Of a stretch of 64,000 bases of DNA, positions 27,937 through 37,155 are shown one piece after another. The stretch spans positions 1,248,001 through 1,312,000 of the forward strand of contig OY769902.1 in assembly GCA_963669175.1 (NCBI GenBank). Reading direction: 5' to 3'. The notes beneath the pieces were generated by a model that worked only from the letters and a program-made list of their open reading frames with translations, was not told where the DNA came from and did no database searches. Position numbers and translations under genes: made by a program. Source of the DNA: a bacterium (GTDB taxonomy: Bacteria > Electryoneota > Electryoneia > Electryoneales > Electryoneaceae). The first letter of the stretch is position 1. Each line of letters begins with the position of its first letter.

Positions 27937-29565
27937 TTACATCATTTCCCAGTCAAGTATTGGTTCTTCACAATCGACCATGGCGTTGACAATCAGCTCC
28001 ACCAGTCCGCCGTAATAAATGCCGCTTTTTTCCTTTGCGCCGAAGTAGTCCAGCATGTCACGGATCGAGCCCTTGCAGTTGGAGCAGGGAGCGCAAACAT
28101 ACTTCGGAGCGTCCGGGTCGTTCAGGTCCGTATCCTGGAACGCTTCAAGGATCTGGCGGAATTTGCGACGGCTGCTGATCTGGTTACGCCAGTCATTGAA
28201 ATTGAACGGCGCCATGATCGCAAAGCCGGAACCGCCACCGCAGCAGTAGTTACGGACACCGTGCGGGGTCATCTCACGGAACTGCGGGCAGAGATAGCGC
28301 AGGATTTCACGTTGCGGCTCCACAATACCCAGGTTGCGAACGATATTGCAGGGATCATGCAAGGTGACCGGGAAATCATTCTTGCTCGGGTCAAACTTGA
28401 TCTTACCACTGAATACGATATCCCGCAGCAGGGTCAGGATGCTTTCACGGTTGGGCAGGTCCACCCCGACACGGTCGGCGATGACGCCCATGGTCTTGGT
28501 TTCGTGGCCGCATTCGCCCATGACAATTTTCTTGACTCCAAGCTTCTTGGCAGAGTCGAAATGACGATGCGCTACACGAGCGAGCTGGACATCATCGTAA
28601 AACAGGCCATAATTGACACCATCATATGCGACCAGGTCGCTGCTCATGGTCCAGCTTATCCCGGCCTTGTTGAAAATTACTGCGGTGGAACCGTGGTTCT
28701 CCGGCCAGGCCAGGAACTCACCGGCGTTTTCGATCAGCAGGATATCTGCGCCCTGCACATCCCAGGGGGTGACGACTTCGAAACCGACACGCTCGGTCAT
28801 GTCTTCATCGATAAACTCGATGTTGTCCTTGACCACGATCTGGTTCATGCCGGTTGAGGAACCAACTTCCATTTGCTGAATGGTGCCCTTGTCATGCAGC
28901 TCACGTGGCGCCCAACCCAGCTCCTGGCTGAACAGCTTGCGCAGGTCGTGAGTGATCAGACCGTTGTCCACGCCAATCGGGCAGGCCTGGGCACAACGGC
29001 GGCAGAGGGTGCAACGATAGCTCAGCTCGTACAACCGTACGATCAGGTTATAGTTCAGCTCGATGTCGCCGTGCTGGAAACGGTTGAACAGGCCCGGCTT
29101 GACATACTTGAAATAGAGACGACGCAATACTTCGGCGCGATAGGTGGGACGATAGACCTCATTACGGCCGCTCTCGATATAAACCTGGCAGTCATCGACA
29201 CAGGTCTGGCAACGAGCGCAGTGTTCCATGGACAGGGTCAACGGTTCCAGGAAGGTCCAGTTGTTTTCCGGGGTGAACAGTTTTTTCAACCCGGCCAAGA
29301 ATTTGTTGACGATTTCCTGTTCCTGCTCCTTTGTCTCCGGTTTTTTGATTCCGGCGGCAAGGGTATCATCCAGGGAAGTGTCGAATGTTTCCCTGTGCGA
29401 ATCTTTTAAAGGCGCAAACGGCGGAATGTTCTCCGGTTTGTCATAAGGTGGTGGCAGCGGAGGCAGATCTTCGGCGCAAACATGGGTCAACTGCTCGACA
29501 TCCTTGCTGATATCTTTTACACTTGCCGGTTCAAGGCGTCCGCAGGTGCAGTTCGGGCATGTCAT
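27937..29565 (-). CDS. DsrK/HmeD-like Fe-S oxidoreductase (heterodisulfide reductase-related, CCG domain)
   Basis: Two CxxCxxCxxxC motifs, ECGH, HDPCN, CCGGG, CAPCSNC. Confidence 0.85.
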   Translation of the reverse strand: MTCPNCTCGRLEPASVKDISKDVEQLTHVCAEDLPPLPPPYDKPENIPPFAPLKDSHRETFDTSLDDTLAAGIKKPETKEQEQEIVNKFLAGLKKLFTPENNWTFLEPLTLSMEHCARCQTCVDDCQVYIESGRNEVYRPTYRAEVLRRLYFKYVKPGLFNRFQHGDIELNYNLIVRLYELSYRCTLCRRCAQACPIGVDNGLITHDLRKLFSQELGWAPRELHDKGTIQQMEVGSSTGMNQIVVKDNIEFIDEDMTERVGFEVVTPWDVQGADILLIENAGEFLAWPENHGSTAVIFNKAGISWTMSSDLVAYDGVNYGLFYDDVQLARVAHRHFDSAKKLGVKKIVMGECGHETKTMGVIADRVGVDLPNRESILTLLRDIVFSGKIKFDPSKNDFPVTLHDPCNIVRNLGIVEPQREILRYLCPQFREMTPHGVRNYCCGGGSGFAIMAPFNFNDWRNQISSRRKFRQILEAFQDTDLNDPDAPKYVCAPCSNCKGSIRDMLDYFGAKEKSGIYYGGLVELIVNAMVDCEEPILDWEMM

Positions 29566-29567
29566 CT

Positions 29568-30509
29568 CTATTTCTCCTTCGCTTCAGCATCTTTTTTCGC
29601 AGGCTCACCACCTGTAAATCCTACCAGGTCCACCCAGGTTTTGGACCCGTCCGCCTGGATATGCGGCGCCGCCCAGGTCGGCTTCTGGGTCAGGTTCTTC
29701 GTCAGAGCGTTGCGCATCTTGTCGCCCTGGTTGGGAGCGTCTTCCCAACGGATGTCATGCCACATGAAATACTTGGTGAAGAAATGGGTCATGTGGGTGA
29801 AAGGCAGATACAGCAGGAAGAACAGGACCACGAGAATGTGAACCATAGCTACTGTGGGGTATCCGGTTTTGTACCCGAATACCAGCACGCTGCCCACACT
29901 GGCGGCAAGATGCTCGCTGAACTGCGGGTCAGAAATAAACCAGACGATTCCGGTAATGAAGATGCCCATAATCAACAGCAGGTTGAAGTAATGACTGGTG
30001 GTGTTGTACATCTTCAGCTTCTTGCTGGTCAAACGCATGAAGAAGAGCTGTATGGTGCCGAAAGCGCCAAGGATGTACGCCACTACAGCTACCCAGGTAA
30101 ATACTGTCGTGACAGTGCCAGCCCAGGGGGCGGTCATATCCACGCCCACCAGATCAAGGACAGTAGCTCCGGCCGACGCGATCATCACCACGATCAGCAT
30201 ATACAGCCCGAAGTGCATACCCCAGGAGGGGAACCACATCTTGCGGTTATGTTCCCAGATGCCTTTCAATAACAAGATTTCCTGCATCAGGAAAGCGAAA
30301 TCCGCCATATGATTCGGATGATGGGGCTTGGTCCACCAGTCCACGTCTTCCAGACGTGAGCCACCATGCTTCGCGCGAGCGCCTTCATGCGGCACCGGGT
30401 ACAATTCCCAGCGAAGATGCATCGGGGTTTGAATGATGCGGACCGCCCGCGCCACTATGGCGATCACAAACACCGTCACCACGACATACGTCAACACATT
30501 CCACAGCAT
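29568..30509 (-). CDS. DsrM/HmeC/NarI-like membrane cytochrome b
   Basis: HLRWELYPVPHE, several TM helices, YLPFTHMTHFF. Confidence 0.83.
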   Translation of the reverse strand: MLWNVLTYVVVTVFVIAIVARAVRIIQTPMHLRWELYPVPHEGARAKHGGSRLEDVDWWTKPHHPNHMADFAFLMQEILLLKGIWEHNRKMWFPSWGMHFGLYMLIVVMIASAGATVLDLVGVDMTAPWAGTVTTVFTWVAVVAYILGAFGTIQLFFMRLTSKKLKMYNTTSHYFNLLLIMGIFITGIVWFISDPQFSEHLAASVGSVLVFGYKTGYPTVAMVHILVVLFFLLYLPFTHMTHFFTKYFMWHDIRWEDAPNQGDKMRNALTKNLTQKPTWAAPHIQADGSKTWVDLVGFTGGEPAKKDAEAKEK

Positions 30510-30547
30510 CTGCTGTCCCCCGTGTCTAAGGTTGGAATAAGGTTGTT

Positions 30548-31060
30548 CTACTGTTTGTTGCCTGTTTTGGCGCTTGACGGTAAACGTCCCTGCTTTACCA
30601 ACAAGTCAAGCACCAGCCGCTTCAAGTCTTCTGTACAAGACGCTGCCATACGATAAATTTCACACGTTCGGCATTTGTTCTGTCCACACCCGCCACGTTC
30701 GCTGTTAATCACCCAGCAGGGATCATTAACTCCCTGACGTACCGGGCATTGTCCCCATTCCTCTTCCGTGCATCCGGTCAATTCCCAGCAGGGAAGCAAC
30801 GCCCACAAGCGGCGAATCCCTTCCAGGTTCAGGCCCTTTTTTTTGATCAGGTGCTGGATCAGACGGATACGTGTGATATCTTCTTTGGACAGCAACCGAT
30901 AGCCGCTTTCGGTCCGGAAATAGACAATCAGCCCGGCAGCTTCATACTTGCGTAACGCCGACATGGACAGCCCGGTCAGCTCAGCCGCCTGTCCGATCGT
31001 ATACACCGGTTCCAGCGGGTCTGCATTGTTTGTTCCGGGGTATAAGCAAGTAGATGCCAC
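30548..31060 (-). CDS. MerR-family regulator with a C-terminal Cys-rich (two CW) domain
   Basis: YTIGQAAELTG...LRKYE..GLI...GYR; CW...C...C...CW...C...CxxC. Confidence 0.88.
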   Translation of the reverse strand: MASTCLYPGTNNADPLEPVYTIGQAAELTGLSMSALRKYEAAGLIVYFRTESGYRLLSKEDITRIRLIQHLIKKKGLNLEGIRRLWALLPCWELTGCTEEEWGQCPVRQGVNDPCWVINSERGGCGQNKCRTCEIYRMAASCTEDLKRLVLDLLVKQGRLPSSAKTGNKQ

Positions 31061-31145
31061 TGTCGTCCTTTGCCAATTGTATATTTCTTCACAAACAAGT
31101 ATAGAATTGTCTGCCGATACTCCTTTGGATCATGCCTCTGTTGCA

Positions 31146-31174
31146 AAGGTATAAAGTCTACACTTTGAAGTCAA
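31146..31174 (-). promoter_or_regulatory. Sigma70-type promoter with a dyad in the spacer
   Basis: TTGACT-N17-TACCTT; AAAGT-N4-ACTTT at 31153-31166. Confidence 0.55.
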
Positions 31175-31377
31175 GGGTTTGGATTTTCTATCTAGTTGAT
31201 AAATATATAGATAGGAAAACCTAACATCAAGTCTAGCTTATTGTGATTTCTGGATATAGTAGTCTAGAATTAAGGCTTGGACTCCGGGAGTACACTACTC
31301 GCCTGACAGGATAATAGGGTACAAGGATGCTGATGAAGAATTTACAGGACGAAAAGGATGCTAAGGATTATAAGGAT

Positions 31378-31709
31378 GGCTGCTCATAAGAATTTGTGCA
31401 TATTATCGACGAGCACGTTTCGTCAGGTCTTGACGTGATGCCTTTTTCTTGTTCTTCTCCGCAATTTCAGACACCTGTCCGACTTCACCGCTGCTATTTC
31501 GCATGATAGATCGTCGTCAGGCATCACGTTGTGACCTGACGACAGCGAGAGTGCTGATACCGGTGGCAGGTCACAACGCGACAATAACAGGACGAGAGGT
31601 GGTTTCAGTATCATGTGCATTCAGAAATACATTGCGAAAGCCGAAAACGGAATGTCGCGTCAAGACCTGCCACAACTCTGCCCGGATGCACAAATTCGTG
31701 TGAGGAACC
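31378..31709 (+). mobile_element. Family G MITE-like element, 332 bp, lying between the arms of a family B element
   Basis: Imperfect 23-bp TIRs GGCTGCTCATAAGAATTTGTGCA / TGCACAAATTCGTGTGAGGAACC. Confidence 0.88.
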
Positions 31710-31875
31710 AGTTTTTTATCCTTGATATCCTTGTTATCCTTTGCATCCTGTACATGGAACCAAGAAGCTCCCCTTGCCATCCTTCTATCCTATCATCCTG
31801 TGAGTAAGTCCTCTATGTTGGACGGGAGATTCTTGATGCGTTGCCCTGTATGAACCTTAGGGGTTACTTTCTGTC

Positions 31876-32799
31876 ATGGAACAACGAACCACACATCCGC
31901 CAGTCATTATTCTCGTTGGGCCGACAGCTTCCGGGAAAACATCGGTCGCGGTGGACTGGGCGCTACGGAATAATGCGGAAGTGGTCAATGCTGATTCCCG
32001 CCAGGTCTATCGTTATCTCGATATCGGCGCCGCCAAGCCGACCGCCGAGGAAAGGCGTGGTGTGGTGCATCACGGTTTCGACGTGGCCGATCCGGCGGAA
32101 GTCTATTCTGCGGGACGTTTCGCTACCGAAGCCCGTTCATGGATCAGGGATATCCAGATGTGTGGGAAGAGGGTAATCGTAGCTGGGGGAAGCGGACTGT
32201 ACTTGCAGGCGCTGGTGGATGGTTTTTTCGAGGGCGAGGACGGCAAAGACCCGGAAGTGCGGGCACGATTGGAGCGACGGCTGGAGCGTGAGGGATTGTA
32301 CGCGCTATGGGAGGAACTGCAACAGGTTGATCCGAAATACGGTTCCAAAACACTCCCGGCCGACCGTCAGCGAATCCTTCGTGCCCTGGAAGTGTTCTAC
32401 GTAACCGGGGAACCGTTTTCCCACCTGCATCAGCAGGATCGTGATCCTGCGTCCTTTGATGTTGCCTGGTATGCGTTGGACTGGCCTCGAGAGTTGTTGT
32501 ATGCACGTATCAACCAGCGGGTTGACATGATGCTGGACCGTGGCCTGATCGCTGAGGTTCGTAGCCTGCTGGACCGGGGCTATCGTGACGTCAACGCGAT
32601 GAAAAGTGTCGGCTACGAGGAAGTTGTTGCCTATTTCGATAATCGCTTGCCTGACCTGAAAGCGGTCAAGGAGGAGATTCGAAAGAATACCCGTCATTAC
32701 GCCAAACGTCAGCTTACCTGGTTTCGTCGTAACCAGCGTATCCACTGGCTTTCCGCTGAAGGTCAGACTGTGGAATCGTTGGTTTCGCAGATCAGTTAA
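31876..32799 (+). CDS. miaA: tRNA dimethylallyltransferase
   Basis: GPTASGKT, NADSRQVY, GGSGLY, YAKRQLTW. Confidence 0.98.
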   Translation: MEQRTTHPPVIILVGPTASGKTSVAVDWALRNNAEVVNADSRQVYRYLDIGAAKPTAEERRGVVHHGFDVADPAEVYSAGRFATEARSWIRDIQMCGKRVIVAGGSGLYLQALVDGFFEGEDGKDPEVRARLERRLEREGLYALWEELQQVDPKYGSKTLPADRQRILRALEVFYVTGEPFSHLHQQDRDPASFDVAWYALDWPRELLYARINQRVDMMLDRGLIAEVRSLLDRGYRDVNAMKSVGYEEVVAYFDNRLPDLKAVKEEIRKNTRHYAKRQLTWFRRNQRIHWLSAEGQTVESLVSQIS

Positions 32800-32910
32800 A
32801 GCATCTGCCTTCATTGTCTCCATGTAGTGTCTCTTGTCTTGAAGAACCCGGTTGCTTTCTATTTCGTGAGATGTTAGGTTTGCCTTCAACTTTCAAAATA
32901 CGGGAAAGCA

Positions 32911-33240
32911 GTGCATAACCGGAACCTGCGTATCGTTCTGACGTTGTTGTTGCTGGCGGTATATGCGCCACTGATGGCAACGCTTGACCTGCACCACAAC
33001 CACAGTCATGATATGGGCTGTTGCCGGGTGCAAGGGGATGCGTACGGGCCGGAGATTACTGAAGCTCAACACGCACACAATCCCTGTCCGGTATTATTGC
33101 TCACGCAGTCCCATGCCCCGCTGGTTACGCTGGACCTGATTCCGGATATCACCACGGCATATCTGCACCCCGAGCAACCTGTCTCTATTCTTTCACGTTT
33201 CCAGCCGGAAGCCTCCCAACGTGGTCCCCCTCTCTCCTGA
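32911..33240 (+). CDS. DUF2946/CruR-like leader protein (TM helix, His/Cys motif, C-terminal RGPP)
   Basis: N-terminal hydrophobic helix, HHNHSHDMGCC, HNPCPV, ends QRGPPLS; upstream of a TonB receptor. Confidence 0.75.
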   Translation: MHNRNLRIVLTLLLLAVYAPLMATLDLHHNHSHDMGCCRVQGDAYGPEITEAQHAHNPCPVLLLTQSHAPLVTLDLIPDITTAYLHPEQPVSILSRFQPEASQRGPPLS

Positions 33241-33251
33241 AGCTCGCAGCA

Positions 33252-33436
33252 GAATTCACAGGATTCTCAAGAAGAATTCACAGGATGAACAGGATTTGAA
33301 GGATATCACAGGATAAAAAACGTGTTAAAGGAAAACACGTAAAAACCATTCTGTTTATCCTTGGCGTCCTTTTTTATCCTTCCCATCCTGTACATGCTTG
33401 TTGAGGTAAACGTAGCCCGGCCATGCCTGGCCGGGG
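33252..33436. repeat. Family B element followed by a GTAG-type REP hairpin
   Basis: CAGGAT/ATCCTG arms; GTAGCCCGGCCATGCCTGGCCGGG, similar to 39850-39873. Confidence 0.7.
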
Positions 33437-33460
33437 TATCTCTGAGAAGGAGAAAGATCG

Positions 33461-34294
33461 ATGTTTTCATATATGCGTTGGGTAGTTATTTTGTTTTCAG
33501 GCTTGACTTTGTTATGGACCATAACCGGTTGCAGTGATGACGACAATCCGGTAGACAGCGAGAATGAATCCGAACATTTTCACGCTGTCGGTTCCAAACT
33601 GGTGTTGGATGGCGAAGATGTGATTGTTGCCACCACTTCGGACTCCGCCGATGTGACCGGCCTGATCGAACTGCATGAAGGCGAAGAAGTCGAGCTGGAA
33701 GCCTGGTTCCTGAATGACGAGGGTGAGTGGTTCTATCCGGCGGATGATGCTGACGCCCATGCCGATCACGAGCTGGAAGTTGTTATCGGTAACGGCGATA
33801 TGATTGAGGGTGATGTACACGGTTGGGAAGTCCACCTGACCGGCGCCGGAGAAGGAGCTTCCTGGGTTCGTTTACGTGTCAAACATATTGACCATTATGG
33901 ATACCTATCCCCTCATTTGCGCACCAGTATTCAACATGAGGAAGGTTATCATGGCGCTCCGGTAGGGATGTTCCTCGTAGCGGGTACGGACACCCTGGTC
34001 CATATCAACTCCAGCAATGAGGTCACCGGTTCGATCGATGTGGGCGCCGGTTCATCCACCGATGCCATCACGTTGTTCCTGTTTGACGAAAATGATGTGG
34101 TTTTTCAGCCGGGCGATGATCACTCGCTGGGGCTGGTGATTGACGATGAAGGAATCGCCACATCGACCGCACAAGATACCTGGGTATTTGTGATTAACGG
34201 GTTGGCAGCCGGGGAGACCTCTGCGGAATTTTCGATACTTCACGGCGATCATTCCCATTATGATTCGCCTGCAGTTTCCATTGTTGTCCAATAA
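33461..34294 (+). CDS. His/acidic-rich lipoprotein with two homologous domains
   Basis: Lipobox ITGC; HIDHYGYLSP and HGDHSHYDSP end the two repeats. Confidence 0.8.
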   Translation: MFSYMRWVVILFSGLTLLWTITGCSDDDNPVDSENESEHFHAVGSKLVLDGEDVIVATTSDSADVTGLIELHEGEEVELEAWFLNDEGEWFYPADDADAHADHELEVVIGNGDMIEGDVHGWEVHLTGAGEGASWVRLRVKHIDHYGYLSPHLRTSIQHEEGYHGAPVGMFLVAGTDTLVHINSSNEVTGSIDVGAGSSTDAITLFLFDENDVVFQPGDDHSLGLVIDDEGIATSTAQDTWVFVINGLAAGETSAEFSILHGDHSHYDSPAVSIVVQ

Positions 34295-34306
34295 CAGGGT
34301 TTTTCG

Positions 34307-36553
34307 ATGAAACTGAAAAACCTTGTTCTGTTGCTGTTCCTGCCATTCGCCCTGCTGTTCCCGGAGAACAGCAGGGCGAATGGGGCAGCTAATGGCTCCC
34401 TGTTCGGACGTGTGCAGGATGCAAACACACAGCAGCCGGTCGGTTGGGCGCATCTTCACCTGCTTGAACTGGAAGCAGGGGTAGTAGCGCATGCGGACGG
34501 CGCCTTCCACTTTCTGTCCGTTCCGGAAGGTGACTACACACTACGAGTAACCCATCTGGGCTATCGAGATCTTCTGCAGAAGGTTCGAATCGCGGCCTCA
34601 GATACGCTGTGCCTGCTGGTTGATCTTAGTCCTCATGCGCTGGACCTGGAAGAAGTGGATGTCGTGGTGGAACATCACGAGTCCGATGGTTCTGTTCATC
34701 ACGATCCCCTGTTGTCGATGCGGGGCGGCGCTCTCCAGCGCAACCTGGGCACTACCATCGCTGAAACTGTCAATGAGGAACCGGGCATTGCACAACGCAG
34801 TATGGGCCCGGCGCCTTCACGTCCGGTGTTGCGTGGCCTCGGCGGGGATCGCCTGCTGATGGTGGAGGACGGGCAACGTACCGGTGATCTGTCCGCCACT
34901 TCCGCCGATCATGCGGTGGCGATAGAACCGCTCACAGCCGAACGTATCGAGCTGATTCGTGGACCGGAAACATTGCTCTACGGTCCGGGCATTCTGGGTG
35001 GAGTGATTAACGTAGAACGCAACGCCATCCAGCGTCTCAAGCTGCATCGTATACAGGGATCGGCTACGTTACAGGCGGAGTCTGTGAACGAAGGATTCGG
35101 CGGAGGCGCAGAATTATCCGCCCCGGTTGGTCCTTTTGCGATACGGCTGGATGGCAGCCTTCGTGATGCAAAGGACATCAACACACCGGATGGTCGCTTG
35201 GGTAACACCGGCATCGCCACCGGAAACGGGTCAGTTGGAATCAGTCTTCCGGTTAGTTGGGGTGTTCTTGGTGTGTCGGGGACTATATACGATACTGAAT
35301 ATGGTATTCCCGGCGGCTTTGTCGGCGCTCACCCCAACGGTGTCGATATCGAGATGGATCGTCGAAATTACGCCGCGCTGGCTCAGTTCAACCTGGGAAA
35401 TGACGTGTTCAGGCGATGGGAAACTGAGTACAGTCATGCACGCTATTATCATGCGGAATTTGAATCAAACGGCGCTCTGGGGATCGAGTTTGGAGTGGTG
35501 ACGGATCATCTTACCTCGAAACTTCATCTCGGACCGCATCTGTTCTTCGATGATGGAGTTTTTGGTGTATGGGGCGAGTATCGTGATTATGCTACCGGCG
35601 GCTATACCTTCACCCCGGCAACCTCGGAGCAACAAGCTGCGGTTTTTCTTTACGAACAGAAACGGATTGGCGATACGCATGTTCAGGCGGCAATCCGTTA
35701 CGACTGGCGTGATATTGACCCCGACCGTGAGATTTACAGCGTTACCATTGATACCATCCAACAACGTGAATTCTCCGGGTTCAGCGCATCGTTGGGGGTG
35801 GAAAGACCGTTTGCGGACGGTATGACTATTGGCGCCACGGCGATGCGCAGCTTTCGTGCGCCGGGGGTTGAAGAATTGTTCAGCCGTGGCCCGCATCTGG
35901 CCGCCTATTCCTATGAAATCGGAAACCCGAACCTGCAGGCCGAAACCGGGACTGGAGGTGAAGTTTTTGTCAAACTGCGGAAGCGTGGTTGGACAGGACG
36001 TCTGGCTGCATTCATCAATGCCTTCGATAACTACATCTTTCCCGCGTTTACCGGGCAACGCAGCCTGTCTCGCTCTGACCTGTATGAATACCGCTACGAC
36101 GGCGCTGACGCCCTGATGACCGGGGTGGAGGGAAACCTGGAATGGCAGCCGTGGGAAATGTGGACCTTTCATTCGTCGTTGAGTTATGTCCGTGGCGCCC
36201 TGACTGAACGTGATGTCCCCATGCCTCAAATGCCGCCACTTTCCGGACGGTTCGGTGTGGACTGGAAGTGGGACGCTTGGACTGTGGGAGCGCTTATTCA
36301 GGGAGCGTCCGCGCAAGAGAGGTTGTATGTGGCGGATGATCCGGATGCCCGTGAAGAAGATCCCACCGCCGCCTGGGCACGACTGGATCTGCACCTGCAA
36401 TACACCCATCCCTGGCAGGGGTTGCTGCATACCATGTCAGTTGGGATCCTCAATGTTACCGATGCCTCGTACAGGAATCACCTTTCTCGGGTGCGTAGTG
36501 TGATGCCTGAACCGGGACGGAATATCAAGCTGGGGTATAAGATGTATTGGTGA
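34307..36553 (+). CDS. TonB-dependent receptor, ZnuD-like (metal uptake)
   Basis: N-terminal carboxypeptidase-regulatory-like domain, SRPVLRGL, SADHAV, IELIRGP, YRNHLS, PGRN, terminal Trp. Confidence 0.92.
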   Translation: MKLKNLVLLLFLPFALLFPENSRANGAANGSLFGRVQDANTQQPVGWAHLHLLELEAGVVAHADGAFHFLSVPEGDYTLRVTHLGYRDLLQKVRIAASDTLCLLVDLSPHALDLEEVDVVVEHHESDGSVHHDPLLSMRGGALQRNLGTTIAETVNEEPGIAQRSMGPAPSRPVLRGLGGDRLLMVEDGQRTGDLSATSADHAVAIEPLTAERIELIRGPETLLYGPGILGGVINVERNAIQRLKLHRIQGSATLQAESVNEGFGGGAELSAPVGPFAIRLDGSLRDAKDINTPDGRLGNTGIATGNGSVGISLPVSWGVLGVSGTIYDTEYGIPGGFVGAHPNGVDIEMDRRNYAALAQFNLGNDVFRRWETEYSHARYYHAEFESNGALGIEFGVVTDHLTSKLHLGPHLFFDDGVFGVWGEYRDYATGGYTFTPATSEQQAAVFLYEQKRIGDTHVQAAIRYDWRDIDPDREIYSVTIDTIQQREFSGFSASLGVERPFADGMTIGATAMRSFRAPGVEELFSRGPHLAAYSYEIGNPNLQAETGTGGEVFVKLRKRGWTGRLAAFINAFDNYIFPAFTGQRSLSRSDLYEYRYDGADALMTGVEGNLEWQPWEMWTFHSSLSYVRGALTERDVPMPQMPPLSGRFGVDWKWDAWTVGALIQGASAQERLYVADDPDAREEDPTAAWARLDLHLQYTHPWQGLLHTMSVGILNVTDASYRNHLSRVRSVMPEPGRNIKLGYKMYW

Positions 36554-36903
36554 AGTGAAAAAAGTGGGCAGTGAAAAAGGTAAAGAACGAGCCGGGATTC
36601 TGTTGAATTTACAGGATATGCAGGATACTAAGGATGAAAAGGATCAAAACCGTACGGCCGTATGAGTCAAATAAACTGGAACTCTGTAAAGAGCGAAATC
36701 CGGGACCAACCACAGAAAGCATGTCTTTTTTTTTCGTTTATCACTAAAAATGGTTTCATCCTGTTTATCCTTACCATCCTTTGCATCCTGTAAATACTGT
36801 CGTATCCCTTAAATACTGTTCTTTTCTTTGCGCCTTTGCGTCTTTGCGTGAAACCAGATTTAGTGCGACGATAGCGAGATCCCCGGTCGGAGCCGGGGAT
36901 GAC
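36553..36903. repeat. Stacked family F, B and C repeats
   Basis: Paralogous to 39796-40022 plus 40491-40600; GAGATCCCCGGTCGGAGCCGGGGATGAC hairpin. Confidence 0.8.
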
Positions 36904-37155
36904 ATCCGAACTTCATAACATCCCCACACTGTCCATCTCCGGGAGTACGTCAAAAAGTTAATCCGTGTTACAAAATCCCGGTTTCGTACGTTACTTGTGA
37001 AATATGGTATTTATTTACCTGTAGGTATAGTATTCTTGCAGAGCTAACTTCTGTATTGAACCGCTGTTTGTAATGACCTAAATTACTTATTCACACGAGA
37101 ACGGCATCCGGTTGACTTGTTCATCAGCCCTTGGGGGAGGGCACAGCGGCAAAGG

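Noticed and set aside
27937-30509. Evidence for dissimilatory sulfate reduction
   Set aside because: DsrMK-like pairs occur without dsrAB, and none of the diagnostic genes are in the window
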